Part shown: positions 12,481-26,266 of the stretch, piece by piece | Layout of the letters: each line of letters begins with the position of its first letter | Numbering within the stretch: the first letter of the stretch is position 1 | Assembly (NCBI GenBank): GCA_051294375.1 | Contig: CM119269.1 | Location: forward strand, 9,608,782 to 9,672,781 | DNA length: 64,000 bases | DNA from: Paraspadella gotoi | Lineage: Eukaryota > Animalia > Chaetognatha | Reading direction: 5' to 3' | The notes under the pieces: generated by a model | What the model was told of the DNA's origin: nothing | Database searches by the model: none | What the model saw: only the letters and a program-made list of their open reading frames with translations | Program-made: the position numbers and the translations under genes

Positions 12481-14646
12481 AGGGGAGGTGGTGAGATGAA
12501 AGGGTGAGGCGTGTCGGCCCCACACTGTGGGGAGTGGGGAGTGGGCAAAACTGGGCATGCGATTAACGAGATAAGATGTTGTGGCGCGGAATAAAGATTT
12601 GAGTGAAGATCAAAATCGTTGCAGTGTCAGCGTAAATGGTAAAGATAATCTGTTATTTGAACTTTTGATTAAATCTTTAAAAGAATTTTATTAATGGCTT
12701 CGGTGATTAGGATTCGTCTCTAGGATAAATGAGGACGGGAAGACAACGAAAAGTAATTAAAATAAAGTCTGTTCTTAACGACGGGATAAGAAATATCACA
12801 TTTTCAACGGAATTATTATCATTGTGATAAAACGAATCACGCTGACACTTTTATTCGACCCGAAGCGATCGATGAGTCACATTCCCTGTTTTTTTTTCTT
12901 TGAAAACATTTTTTTTCTTTATTTAATAATTTATTCGATAAATTTATTTTTCATTCATAAAAAAATTATAATATTTGTCAGAAATTCATAAATTCATAAA
13001 TTCAAAATCGAATCAACTGGAGTCAAGATAATTTAATCGTATTTATTGCAGCCAGACTCGGATTGAATAAACATTTCGTAGATTAATTTTCTCTTTTTCT
13101 GTTTATTTTGATTTGAAAAAAAATTCAACTTTTGAATATTTTATACCATTTATAAAAAAAAAATAGTTAGAAAAAATTAGTTTCTAGGCCGAATAGAAAC
13201 TCGTTGGTTTGATTTATAAGAAAACGAAATATGGCAACGTCGAATCGATTAGAAGTGAGAAATGGCAACTTTGGAATTGATTAGTGCTGACTCGCTGAGG
13301 AATGGCAACCGGAATTGCCAAGTCGAACTGATGAAAAATAATGACTGATATATCGGAAATGGCGATGCCGCCTTTATTACATTAACAAAAAATAAGGGTA
13401 AAAAATCCTTTGAACCAAAAGTTGATCAGTACGAAAATCGACTCTTAATAGACGTAATTCTATACAGTTGAAGCTTTCAGTTAAATTCAGTCGTATTCAG
13501 TCAGATTCAGTCGAAGAAAGATTCAGTGAGAGAAGCCGAAAGTTTTGATCTCAATTTAATGTTTTTAGAATTTTAGCAAGCTAATAGGCCTCTTTTACAA
13601 AAGAGCGGTTACATTATATTATATTATAGAAATATGGAAAAATGTTATCTTTAAAATAATCAGCAATGGAATAATTAAACTAAAAAAAAAATAAATATCT
13701 CAACCAACGAAAAAGAAAGGAAATATCGTTTAAAAAAAGCGTAAGTGTCAATTTTTTTTCAAGATTAAACAATTAAACAAACACAATCTCCAATTTACAA
13801 AGGGCGATGCGTCAACACGAGGGACCAAACGATGATAAAAAAAAAATGTCTCAATCTCTTTCGACTAAAACAAAGAATCAACCAAGCCCCCCCCCGTTCC
13901 CCCTCTTTTTAAAATCCTCTCTCCTCCATTGTTCCATTGCTCGGGTGAGGTCCGTCCATTGATAGTTGAGCCTTTTCATGCATCCCAACTTCCTGGTCTC
14001 CTCCCCCCCACCCCCCCTTTGACTGGCCGTCGTCGTCCCCCCCCCCACAATTCCTTTTCAGATGCTAACCGATCCTGTCCCCACTGAGAATGTCCCCCCC
14101 TCTAGCGCCCCCCTCCACTCGGTCCCCGAAACGTGTCCCCAACCAAATTACCCCCCTTTTGTCGTCGCCAACCCGACCGCCATCGAGTCCTGACTCCGTT
14201 TCAAAAAAAAAAAAAAAAAGAAAAAAAGAAAGAAAAAAAAAAAAAAAAGAAAATTGTCTGAAAACAAAGAAAGGTTTTTTTTTTTTTCCTATTCTTAACC
14301 CAGTTTCTTCCTTTTTGGGACTAATCCATTATGTAGTTTTTTTTTTTGGGCCGATGAACTTTTTTTTTAAGAACTTTCTTTCGTTCATTCTTTCTTTTTT
14401 TCTCAGCGTTTTACCTGGTTTTTCGGACTAAAATTAAAAAAGCAGTCTACACTGCAATCAGCTGCTCATTCAAGCAGGATATTTTGCTTGCTCAACGTTA
14501 GCGCTCGGGAGTTAACTATTGTAGGTATAAGTTTATTTTTATAAGTTTAATTTTATTGCACTGTATTGTACGTAATAACCGAATAACGCTACGGCGAACC
14601 CAGCAAGTAAGAAATGCTGCCTGAATAAACAAAGTTGTTTTGAGAG

Positions 14647-14647
<1 letters not shown>

Positions 14648-14681
<34 letters not shown>
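14648..14681 (+). repeat. (GGC)11 trinucleotide repeat upstream of the ZNF608-like CDS
   Basis: Seen directly. Confidence 0.9.
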
Positions 14682-16459
14682 TTCGAATTTTCGATACGTT
14701 TCTGTTTTTATTTCTCTTTTTTTTTCTTATGAACTTTGGCTCCGTCGCATATTTTCGAAGCCAATCAAAACTTAAAACATAGTTTCATTTGGAATACAAA
14801 GACCTTTTTTCTTTTGGCCTATAAAGTCCATCTTGTTTATCAAACTAAGTCTTTTCTCTTTTGGCCTACAAAGTCCATTTTATTTGGCATACGAAGCCCG
14901 TTTTTTGCTCGAATTTCTCGGGGCTCTTCTTTGGTTCTCAATACAACAACACGATATTTTTTCTCTCTCTCTCTACAGACTAAAATGGGGGGTTATTCTC
15001 AGTCGGGCCTGCATTTTCGATCCCACATCTTCGCTCAAGCCTCACCTTAAAAAAAAAACTTCGGGTAAGCTCGTTTCCGAATCGACGCGTCTCGAGTTCT
15101 TATAATTATATCGTTAATTCGCAAAAAAAAAAGGAAAAAAAACTTTGAAAGAAAAAATTCGATCGTGAATTTGAATTTAAAAAGAAAAATTTCAAAACAA
15201 ACTCCTCTTCCTTCTCATTGCTCTTCCTCCTCCCATAAACTTTACATTGAATAGAGAAAAGCAGAGTGTTTTTGTGCCTCTCGTTTTTCTTTCCTCTTCT
15301 TCTTCCCTCTCTTATTACTTTTCACAATCCTCTTCCTCCTCCTCTCCTCTGGCGCCTCCGGTCTCGTCGTTCGGCGAAAAGGATTTCGTCGTCGTCATCG
15401 TCGCTCTCACCGTCGTCCGGTCGTCGTCGCCGTCGTCTTTTCTCGTTCGTCGTCGCTCTCGTCGTCTTTTTCGTCGTCGTCGCCGTCGTCTCTCTCTCTA
15501 TCTGAGTCCTCTCGGTTTCGGGCTAAAAATTCTCGACTGCGATTTCTCTCTAAAGAGAAAAAGAAGAAATAAGAGAAACGCGACGAAAAACGCAGAGAGA
15601 GAGAGCGAGAGAGAGAAACTAAAAAAAATTAATAAAAAAACCTCTCCCTCTCGTGATTATTTTTTTCGTCTATTTTTTCGGTTTCCTCAAAGTGAAAACA
15701 AGAGAAAAAACTTACCCTTACGAGGACGCCATCGTTTGGACTAACTTACCAGTCGTCATCGTAAAGAAAACTCAGACGGATACAAACGTTGGCCCTAAAT
15801 AAACTCGACGAATAATAAAAGCAAAGCTAAAAGAAGCTAGGATTTTTAAAACGACGCTAAAAACCTAAAAAAAAAACAAAAAAAAAACGCTTCTTCGAAT
15901 TATGACCGGGACAACGGATTATGCTCTACTAGAATCGCGCGAGTTACGGTCGACGGTGGACGCGAATCCGCGAGGATGTCGCCACGACGCCTGCTGACGG
16001 TCTCGAGCCACTCCAACGTCTCGCGGCATTCGCCACGCCCTCCAACGTCTACCAGGATTTCTACGAGGAGCGTCACATCTCGCCGCCAGCGCCCTCGTCG
16101 TCCAAATTACATTCCTCGTTTTTTATCGCCTTTTTTCACATGGACGAATCTTCGCGCCGCTAGGAATCGCTCCTCTCTCCCCTCCTCCTCCCTTTCTTCC
16201 TCCTCCTCCCTCTCTTCCTCATCCTCCTCCTCCTCCCTTCCTCTCCCTTTTTTTCGAGTTCCAACGACGATTTTATCGACGGCTGAGGCAAAGGACATGA
16301 AAGCAGCCGCGGCAGCAGCCTCAGCCAATTCAGGACACGCATCTCCGCCTCAGCCGCAGCGCGAGAATCCAGCGGCGAGATCTCAACAGCTCCTTAGACG
16401 AGTGAATTCCAGCTGCTCCATTTCTTCCTCCGCCGCCGCCTCAGCCAGCAACAGCAGCG

Positions 16460-17091
16460 ATGCTGCGTCTTCAGTCCGTCAATTCCCCCACCTCCTCAAC
16501 CTCACCGCCCACCCCGCCCGGCCCCGGGGGAGACCGCTCGCCCAAGAACAAGATGGCCATGGACACGGCCAGTCCTAACTTGGTCCTGCGCGTGAAGAGA
16601 AAACGCGGCCAACACTACGTAGTCAACGCTCAGGGGCAACAGCAGTTGGTAGGGTCTGTATCATCGTCCCCCGGCTCGGCCATCTCCCCTGCCTCCAATC
16701 CTATCAATCAGAACAACCCTTCCACCATGACCTCCACTAAAACTAGTCCCGGCAACAGACAGGTAACGACTACTTTTCCCTACTTTTTTCTTTTTTTCAG
16801 TTTTTTCCCCAGATTTTTTTTCTTTTTTTTTCTTCAATTTCTTTTATTTCTTCTTTCTTTCATTCTTTTGCTATTTTCTGCTCTGTTTTTCTTTTTTCTA
16901 TTGTTTTTTTTTTCACCCTTTTGTGCATTCTCTTTTATTTTGGTTTCTCTCCTTCTCTTCTTTCTCTTGATCTTTGTCTCCGGGGAATTTGTCACGAGAG
17001 ACTTGCTAAAGATTAAAACTTTTTTTATTCCTACTTACTATTAAAAAAAAAGAATTTTGCTTAAAAAGCCACAAAGAACTCGTGAAATGGG

Positions 17092-17144
<53 letters not shown>

Positions 17145-20100
17145 TTTTTTGGGTGAACCCAAAAAGCGAGGGAATAATAAGAGCCTTGGCGAAGTCGAAA
17201 GTAGGAGAAAGAGAAAGAAAGAGAGAGAGAAAGAGAGACCCCGACGGCAATTCAACGAAAAGTAATTTACATAATTGAATCTTACATTGGAAGCGTCGGT
17301 TAAGGGAGACATAAATCCTTAATTATAGTAGAGGGATCTCTCTCTCTCTCTGGTTCGCCGGCCTATTTTTTTTTCTTTAAGGAGAGAAAATTTAAATTTT
17401 TTTTTTTTTTTTTTTGCTTTTCGAACCGAACGTTATTTTTAATCTCGTTTGAATTTAATTGTCAAGAATTGTAGTGTCTCCATTTTTACTAGCGAATAGT
17501 TAAACCTTAAACTACAATTAACTGTAATTAGTGAAATTGTTTAGGACTCGATTTAAAAAGACGACGTTAAACTAATAACTTCGATTAATTGATGGTGATT
17601 ACTTAAATAATCAATGAACTTTTTCTCCTCATCTTTTTCTTCCTCACCTTCTTCGCAATCTTCTTTCCTATCTCATTCCCTCATCTTTTTCTCCCCAATT
17701 TTCCCCATTGACTACATCAGTCGGAGTCCAACTCCTCCAGCACTGCCCCCACCCCCTCCTCCTCTTCTTCCCTCTCCTCCTCCTCCTCCTTCAAGACCTC
17801 CACCTCCAGCTCCTCGTCCGGAGGTCGTTCCACGACGATCTCCGCCGGCGGTGGCGGCGCCCGAGAGGCCCATCGCGCCGCGGGCACCGTTAAGACTTCG
17901 ATCTCGTCCTCCGGTGCCAAGACAATGTTGTCGTCGTCGTCGTCATCAGTGAAGAGCAAGACTCATTTTTCGTCGTCGTCATCGTCTTTAAAGACTTCGA
18001 CTCTCTCCGACGCCAAAGCCTCGTCCACTTCCTCCTCAACTTCCTCCTCGAATGCCTCATCCGTCTCCCTCTCTTCCTCCGCCGGCGCCGCCTCTTCTAG
18101 CGGCGCCGTTTCTTCAGCGGCGTCGTCATCGCAGTCGTCGTCCACCTCGACGACGACCACGACGACGTTACCGGCGACGACGACGTCGACTACTGTTTCG
18201 GACGCGACGTCGGGCACGCCTACCTCGACGACGACGACGCCGGCGCCCGCCAAACACCCTCTACTCGCTCTCATCCACGCCGCGCATCCGCGACCGTTTC
18301 CGCAGGCTATGCCCAAGCCCAAACACGCCGAGCCCGCTAAGTGAGTTTTATTTTTTTTTGGGGGGGGGGGAAGTGGAGAGAAATCAAGTTTGGGTCTTTT
18401 GATTTGGTCTGGAGCGGCTCTTTAAATGCTTTTTTTTCTTATAACTTTTATGATTTTAGTGACTTGTGACAGTTCTTTCGAATGGAATTGTTTTTCCTGT
18501 AAAAAAAAAATATTTTATGCTTTCATTGACAATATTGTAATCTAATTATTTTTGAGCCTATCTAATATATTAAGCAACTTTAATCCCCCAAAAATTGTGA
18601 CCGCAGCGCCTGTGCAATCACTACTCGCTGAGAAGTACTCAATATTCCTTCCTTCCTTTTCTCTAGACAAGACGTGGGCATCGACACCTCGGAATCAGGA
18701 GTGGGGACTATGACGGAGCCGGAATTTCTCGGCCCATGCGAACCCGGCACTTCCGTCAACCTCGACGGGATCGTGTGGCACGAGACGGACGGAGGTAGGG
18801 CGGGTGAGAACAATTCCAAACTTCATCTCGCGCAGACGTAGTGAGAGATTATTTTAGTCGGCGACGAATCTCGCGCATGCGCAGTTTCTATTTTTAGACT
18901 TTTCAAGTCGCGTGATCGCCACTTGATACTAGATACATTATCAGTCGACGATCACGCGAAGTTTCACAGTTTATATATTTTTAATATTTCTATTTATTTG
19001 TTATTTTTTGCATGCCTGCAACTTCTCTTTCTACAATTTTGCGTTCTTTTTTTCGAATTGTTTTATTTTTAAATTTTCCCGTGATATTTATATTATGATT
19101 TTTTTTTTTATTGGCAATGTTTAAACTTTTTTTAATCTTCCCTCTTAAATTTAAAAACTAAATTATAAATCCTTTTAAAACGGCTTATTGTCAAAATGTG
19201 TCTTGAAACGTTTTTAATCTTATCTTTTTAATTTTCCGTTAGATTCATTCTTAATTTTCTTCGCTTCGTAATTTTAATTACATTTTTTAGCGTCGTTTTT
19301 CTTTGTGTTCTTTTTTCACTAACTTTCCTCTTTAAAATTAAAACAAAAATTTCGTCGACTATTTGACGCGCACGTCAACCGGCAAAATTTTTCTTTTATT
19401 TGAATCTCAGATCATTTTTTTTTTAAAATTAACACACACTTAACAGTAGATATTTTAAATCGCGCGATCTACGACCCAGTCAATCGAATGAAGCTAATCA
19501 ATCCCTTATGTCGCTCCTCTTGCCATTCCCCATTCCATTACCACCACCCCCCCCTATCCCCACGCCCCTTCCACTTGTCACCAGGATTGCTTGTAGTAAA
19601 CGTAACGTGGCGAGGAAAAACTTACGTCGGTACATTGCTAGACGCCTCCAAAAATGATTGGGCCGCTCCCAGGTTGTTCACGAGATATTAAATGTTTAAG
19701 TCGATTAGATTATTCGGATAACTTTTGATTAATGATAATTGCTGAAAATTTTTCGGCCTTTGCAGATGAAAAATAATTAAACATAGTGAAATTAATAATT
19801 TGTTCCTGATGGAATAGACCTACTCGACCTTAATCCCGACAGAATCATGACTAGGAAACGATTACCTACATAGACTTAGCTATTATTTAATTTTGTTGAT
19901 CTAACGACTAATTTACTAAGAGTTAGCTATATAAACCTTTTATTCCCACGACATTTGTTTCATAATTTTTCAATTTACTTCCCAGATTCAGCGAACCGAC
20001 GAAACCCGCTCGAGGGCGCGGCCGCAAGGGGCGGTTGCCGACATCGGAAGGGCGGCCAGGTGGAGCCGCCGGACGAGGCAAAGGTCGGAAGAACGCCAAA

Positions 20101-20362
20101 GGAGCGGCGACGGCTGCAGCGGCAGAAACCGAGACGCCCTCGCCGGCCAAGAGCGAATCCAGGTGAGGAATTTCAAACTTGTTAGTAATTTTATTATTAT
20201 AAATATTTTGTATAAATGTTAAAAATGAAAAAAAAAAAAGATTTTGATTATAAATAAATATAAAATGTTAAATGATTCTTCCCTCAAATTTATAACATTT
20301 AATTGGCAAGTTTATATTTTCGATTTGTAAATAAATTTAAAAAGTACCGAAATTGATCATTA

Positions 20363-20394
<32 letters not shown>

Positions 20395-23300
20395 GGGGGT
20401 CCGACGCGGAGAACGACGACATGAGCCTCGCCAAACGGTTTCGCCTCAACTCTGGCGAAACATCCGAGACGGCGCCCCCTGGCCAGTACTTCGAATGCCA
20501 TGAGCCCAACTGCTGCAAAAAGTTCCGCAACCTTAACGGTCTCAAGTATCATCAGTCGAGTTCTCATCCTCCCGAGGGCGTCGACCCTGCGCACTTCGAG
20601 GACGCCGAAGACGCAGGTGGAGGATCCTCTTCATCGCGACATCGAGATCGCGATCATCATCGACGCGACCGTGAGCATCGACATCATAAAGAATCGCGTG
20701 GCGGCACGCCCATTAAAGATTCCAAATCGCATCGACCTCCGCCGACGACGCATTCGACGCCAGCATCCGCAGCACCGCCAGCTGCGTCAGTCGCGGCAGC
20801 GCCTCCCGCCTCTTCTTCTGCCGCAGTCGCCGCCCAGTCTTTGCCGAGCAGCGTCGGTGTCGCTCCGCCCGTCGTCGCCATCGCCGCCCCTCCAGGTGGC
20901 GCGGTGCAGATGGCGGGGCAGCACCCGATCCCGTCGAAGACTCCTCCAGGCGCACAGATGCACCTAACGGGCGTTCCTCTCGGCGTGGCACCCGCCTCCT
21001 CCGTCAATCCACTCGGCGCTCCTCTTTCTAAGCCGGAAAATTCTCCCTCGTCGGCGCCGACTATCGGCACTAAACATCCGGCGCCTCCTTCTCTCCCCGG
21101 CGCCGAGAATATGGAGAAACACAAGAAGCCAAAGTTGGAAGGAAAACCGGGCACGATCGTCAAGGTTCGCGGGACTGCATCCATCGCCCCCATGAAGCCC
21201 ATAGTCCCGGCGCTGCAGCCCCGCGCTCCCACGGCTCCCGGTGGCGCCAATTACCAACCGGTGACGACGCCGGCGGGCGTGTCCCAAGTATCGCCGAATT
21301 CTGCGCTGAAACCGATTCAACCGAAGCCAACTATTTTGGGCGAACCCACGCCGATGAATCCTGTCCTCGTGGATTTAGAGAAAAAGAAAAAGAAGAAGAA
21401 ATTAAAGGAAGGAGAAGGGCTGCATAAAGCCTCTCCTAAACTCAGCCCGCCCCATTCGGGCGTCCGCACGGGAAAAACTCCGCCTCCCAATTCGATCCCG
21501 CCCGTCTCGGCCGCCCTCAGCCCTACCTCCCACCATCCTTACCCCGGTGAACACCCACACGCCCCGTCTCGGTCGCAAGGGTCGCGAACCCCGACGGGCG
21601 GTCCCCACGGGGCTCCTGGCACGCCCCAGCCCCCTAGCCTCGACGCCGTAATGCCCCAGACGCTGGATAAGGCCAACGTGGCGCTACACAACGCTCACAA
21701 TTCCGCGCCTCCACCACTGCTGCCGGGAAAGGAAGAGGAGCCGCCGCGGCTGAACAGCCCGGCCTATTCGGACATTTCTGACCCATCGGATCCTGCTCCT
21801 GTGCTGGAGAACGAGAATGCTAAGAAAGAGGACACCGAAGGGCCCGGAGCGGAAAGGACCTACATGCCGCCATTCTCTCCTTATTACGGGCAGCCGCCCT
21901 ACCTCGTCCCCATCGTTACTACGGCTCCCGGCGCTGGAATCGCGCCTGGCGCCACTCTAGTCACTTCCGCCGGAACGCCGGTCGTTGTCCCTCCGGCCTC
22001 GGGTGGACCCATGGATCATCAGCGACTTCCTCCCGGTCTGGCTCCTGGAATGCCACCGGGCATGGCTCACGGCATGGCTCCGGGCATGGCTCCCGGCATG
22101 GCACCCCCGAAGGATGTTCGAACGGATTTAGCTGTGTCGGCGGCGTCGAAACCGGGCGAAGGTCCAGGCGTCGATTCTCCTGCCGGAGCGCCTGGAGGTC
22201 TGCCCCCGTCTCATCCAGGAGCCGCCGCGGCCGCCGTCTCTCAAGGGCTGACAACGGCCCAAGCTGCCGCTCTCTACATCAACAATCCTTACTACTACGC
22301 CGCGTATTACGACGCCTATTGTCGTCACATGACCCAAGTCGATCCTCAGTATCGCGCCCAGTATGAAAAGCACATGGCCGAGGTTCAGCGCCAGCAGCAG
22401 GAGCAACAGCAGCGCGCTGCTTCGCTCGACCGTAAGGAAGGGCGCGGAACGCCGTCGACGCCGCAGGGCAAAGCGGCGTCCTCGACGCCGGGTCAGCTGT
22501 CCAAAGGGGAACCTCTCGAGTCGAAGCATCCACGCGGCGTTGAAGATGATAAGAAAACGCTCCACGCCCACGACGCCAACTATCAAAAGCGTCAGAGCGA
22601 AAATCATCAGATCCTCAAGGAGAATATGGAGATGAAGATGCAGATGACGGCGACGTCGGAAGGCGGCGTCGGCAGCATCGGCGGCGGAGCCCGTCCAGCG
22701 CGGGACTTTCCCTCTGCCGCCTATGATCCTCGCGACCCTCGCGATCCTCGCGCCATCTACAAACAAACGCAGGAAGAAACGCTGCGCTACATGAGTAAAG
22801 GCGCGCCACCAGGCGGCGCTCCGCCGTCGTCGATCCCCTCCCCGCTGCAACGCCCACCCTCTCGCGGGGAACGGGCGCCGCCGACGTCCGTGCACCACGC
22901 TGCAGCCGCCGCCGCGAATCCGCGAAATCCGCTGCCGCATCATTTTCACGACAAGCGGTCCGCGTCGCCCAATCATCCCGCTAATGTCCAAAGGTCTCCT
23001 TATCCTCCCGGAGGACCCCATCTATCAGCGCCTCCCGGCTCTAAGATGGCGGTGTCTTTATCGACGCCGCCGAAACCGCGCCCACCATCGCCGCTTTCCT
23101 CTCCTCGTGATTTACCCCCTGGTGCTAAACATCATCCCTCGACCAAAGATCCCCGCAAAGACGATCCCCCCAAGACTTTATCCGGTCACCCCAACGAACC
23201 CAAAGACTTAAGTCAAGCCCCTCGTGACCGCGGAGGTGTGCCGCCACCGCCGCCCAACGGCCCTCCAGGTGCGAGCTCTCACCGGCCGCCCTCGTCCAGC

Positions 23301-23906
23301 CCCGTGCCGCTTTCGAGCGCTTCGGCGGGGCAGCAGCCGCCCCCGCATTTGGCCGCTTACCCGCCCGGCTATCCTATTCCCCCCGCTGCCTACGCCGCCT
23401 ACGCGGGTATGCCCATTGAGTTTTATCAACGCGGTCTCGCTCCTTACGCCACGGCTGCCGCTTCGCCCTACGCTCGCCCGCCCTTCCTTCCCCCGGGATC
23501 TCAGTACGCGCCCGGAATGGCGCCCGGCATGCCATCCCCCGGCCAGCCCGGCGGCGTCTCCGTAGCGCAGCGACATCCAGCGGCGCCTCCGCCACGCCAC
23601 CCGCTCGACGTTAAGCCCGGCGCCCCACCCTCAGCCCCAGCGGGCCATCCGCTTGGGGGCAGCAACACGGCCATCGAGATGCTCAAACAACAAGCGGAAA
23701 ACGCCAGGCAGAATCATAAGATCCATGAGTTGGGTCAGGTCGGGGCGGGATCTCCCGCCGCCCCTCCCGGGCCCCATCCGCCCTCTTCTCGGGCTTTCGA
23801 AGGCCACCCGTCTTCGTCCATCATGAGAGGGTCACCGTCGGGGCTGCCCCCGGGCCATCCGGGCTACGCCCTTCCTCCTGGATATCCGACTTCTATTATC
23901 CCGTGA
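16460..23906 (+). CDS. ZNF608: ZNF608/ZNF609/scribbler (brakeless)-like C2H2 zinc-finger transcriptional co-regulator, 6 exons, ~1608 aa
   Basis: Exons 16460-16762, 17721-18340, 18667-18794, 19585-19672, 19986-20162 and 20396-23906 join with consistent phases (0,2,1,2,2), total 4827 nt. Family motifs: [58 protein letters not shown], a single C2H2 finger [24 protein letters not shown], and SPAYSDISD. The start codon is uncertain, and ZNF608 cannot be told from ZNF609 (likely a co-ortholog). Confidence 0.9.
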
Positions 23907-26266
23907 AACTACAATCGGTGAATTATCAAAAAGGAAAAAAAAAAAAAAAAAAACTCGCTGGATTCGATCGCGAAACCTTTTGATATTCGGGTCCGCTTTA
24001 TTTTGAAAATATTCTACGACGAAAAGTATAATCATTTTTCGCAAACAAGCTCTTTTATTTTTTTTTTTCGTCAATTGTGCGTTAATCATTGTTTGGTGAT
24101 CTTTTTGGTCTAATATCGTATAAACAAACAAACGAATACCGTTAATCCTACGATTATATTGTATTTTAATTTAGGTATCAAATTAATTTCCCAACCCCCT
24201 TTTCCTTTCAAAACCCGCGACCCTCTGTTCTCTTTTTTCCCCCATTACGATACGATCAATTACAATGTAAATCTGTGATATGTTACTGAGTCATTGTAAT
24301 TGCCGGTTAACATTCTTAAATTCCCCGTCTTTTTTCGTTGAAACCTGGTGTAAATAAAATTTTCTCGAACATTCAAGGTTTTTGACTCTGCAAAGTTTTT
24401 CTGTTTTAGATTAAAAAAAAAAAAAATTTGGCTCTGATTATAGAGTAGCTTATGTTTCTTGTCATGTTGTTTTGAAAAAGAAAAATCAATGATTCCTGGA
24501 TGTTTTTATCTGCTTTTTGTTAAGATTTCAAGTTTAGTCAGTTCTTCTAAACCGAGTGAAAATCTTCGTGTAGATAGTCCCATTTGAAATATGTATATTA
24601 TATAACGTGGGTGAATTTGCTTTTTTCCCCCCAATTAAAGAAAGAAGTTCGTTTTTTAAAAACTTTAAAAAATAAGGTTTTATTCATTCGGCGATTTAAC
24701 GCTGAATATCAAATTTCGACTTATCCTTCCTCCCCAAAACTCTTTTTACGATTAAGGAAAGTAAAATAGTTTTCTAATTTCTTAATTTTGATATCAAAAC
24801 CTATGGCTCAGAATTTGGGTGATTAATTTTCAACCCCCTCCAAAGGGTTGTGTTAATTGCCCTTAGCCAATCAAATGATAGTCTTGAAAAAGAAGATATA
24901 GTGACATGGACGAAACGACGTAATAAGAATAGGCACATTAATAGCGCTTCACAATTAGTAAATAGTAAGGTTATTAATGCTTTGTAATTTTTTTTACGTC
25001 CAAAATTAATACGAAACTATGTGATGTGGTATAAATCTACTTAAAATAATGAAATATTCAACTATCCTCCTTCCGATGGTGCCACGACACTTACTTATGC
25101 AAAAAAAATAACCAACTTGGCGTTCTATTTTACAGATTTAAAAATTGTTCATGAAATTTTATTATGTGAAAATCCTTTCTTTTTCGATGTTTATGAGTTA
25201 GAAGAAAATCAAAGTTTTTGAATTCTGCAAACAAATTTGTTAAAAAAAAAATCGTTGTACAATTCAAAAACTTTGATTTTCTCTAATGAATTTTATGGAA
25301 ATCTCAGTCGAGGGTCGAGTCCTACGACTAAGCCTATTGACATCTGCAAACGAACTCATTTCATACGATTCTAGGCGTCATGTTCAACGGCGTTCAAAAA
25401 TAAATAAATAAATAAATAAAAACTTTCGCCGAAGATTAAGGGTGGTTTAGGGTTAAGAGAGTAGGGTAATTAAGTAATCATTTTTTAAAATTAAAAAAAA
25501 CTGAATTAAATGGTTTTTCAAAAAACGACAAATCCCAGTCGCCGAAAGTAAAATTATCCTTTTATAGTGGACTAAAATCCACCAACCATTAAGGTATTTG
25601 TCCTTTTGTTTAAGCCATGCTTCTGATCATAAATTAGAACAAGTAAGTCGCTCCTGCGGAAAATCTGCATAACAGTTAATTTAATTAAATTGAAACAAAT
25701 GTAAACAGCTCATTGCTATTTATTGCTCAGACTAATTAAACCGGATAGATGTCTTTAATTATAAAACTAAATTTATTACGGTTTCGTTTTTCTTTTTCTT
25801 AGTATTTTTTAACATCGAAATAAACTAAGACCTAGGTTTACCGTTTAGGTGAAAAACTTTATTCACATATTAATAGACTCTAAAATATTCAAAAATCACT
25901 GTACATTATGTAATACCTGAATTAAATGATATCACGGGTATACTTTAAGAAAAGAATAATAAACCTCAAGATACATGAAATGTAAATCTATATAAATTAT
26001 GCTTTATTTGTATTTGCATTTAACGGTTCCGACTAAGTTTCATGTAAGGTAAGGTTTCAATAAAGAAAATAACATAGTTTTGTTCAAATAAATGAGGACT
26101 TTAAAAAGTGGTAAGAACATTTAACAATCACCCGGACAACGATGTATTTTTAGTGAAGGGAAATAGTGGATTAATTTAACAGTAAACGATGGTTGGTAAA
26201 ACTGTTGTAGTCAAGGTTGTTTCTAGTTAAACCTAAATGAACTGTATAAAAATAATGATAAGTATA

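Noticed and set aside
20500-23686. Many alternative-frame and antisense ORFs within the large ZNF608-like exon
   Set aside because: Expected by chance in GC-rich, low-complexity coding DNA; no recognisable motifs.
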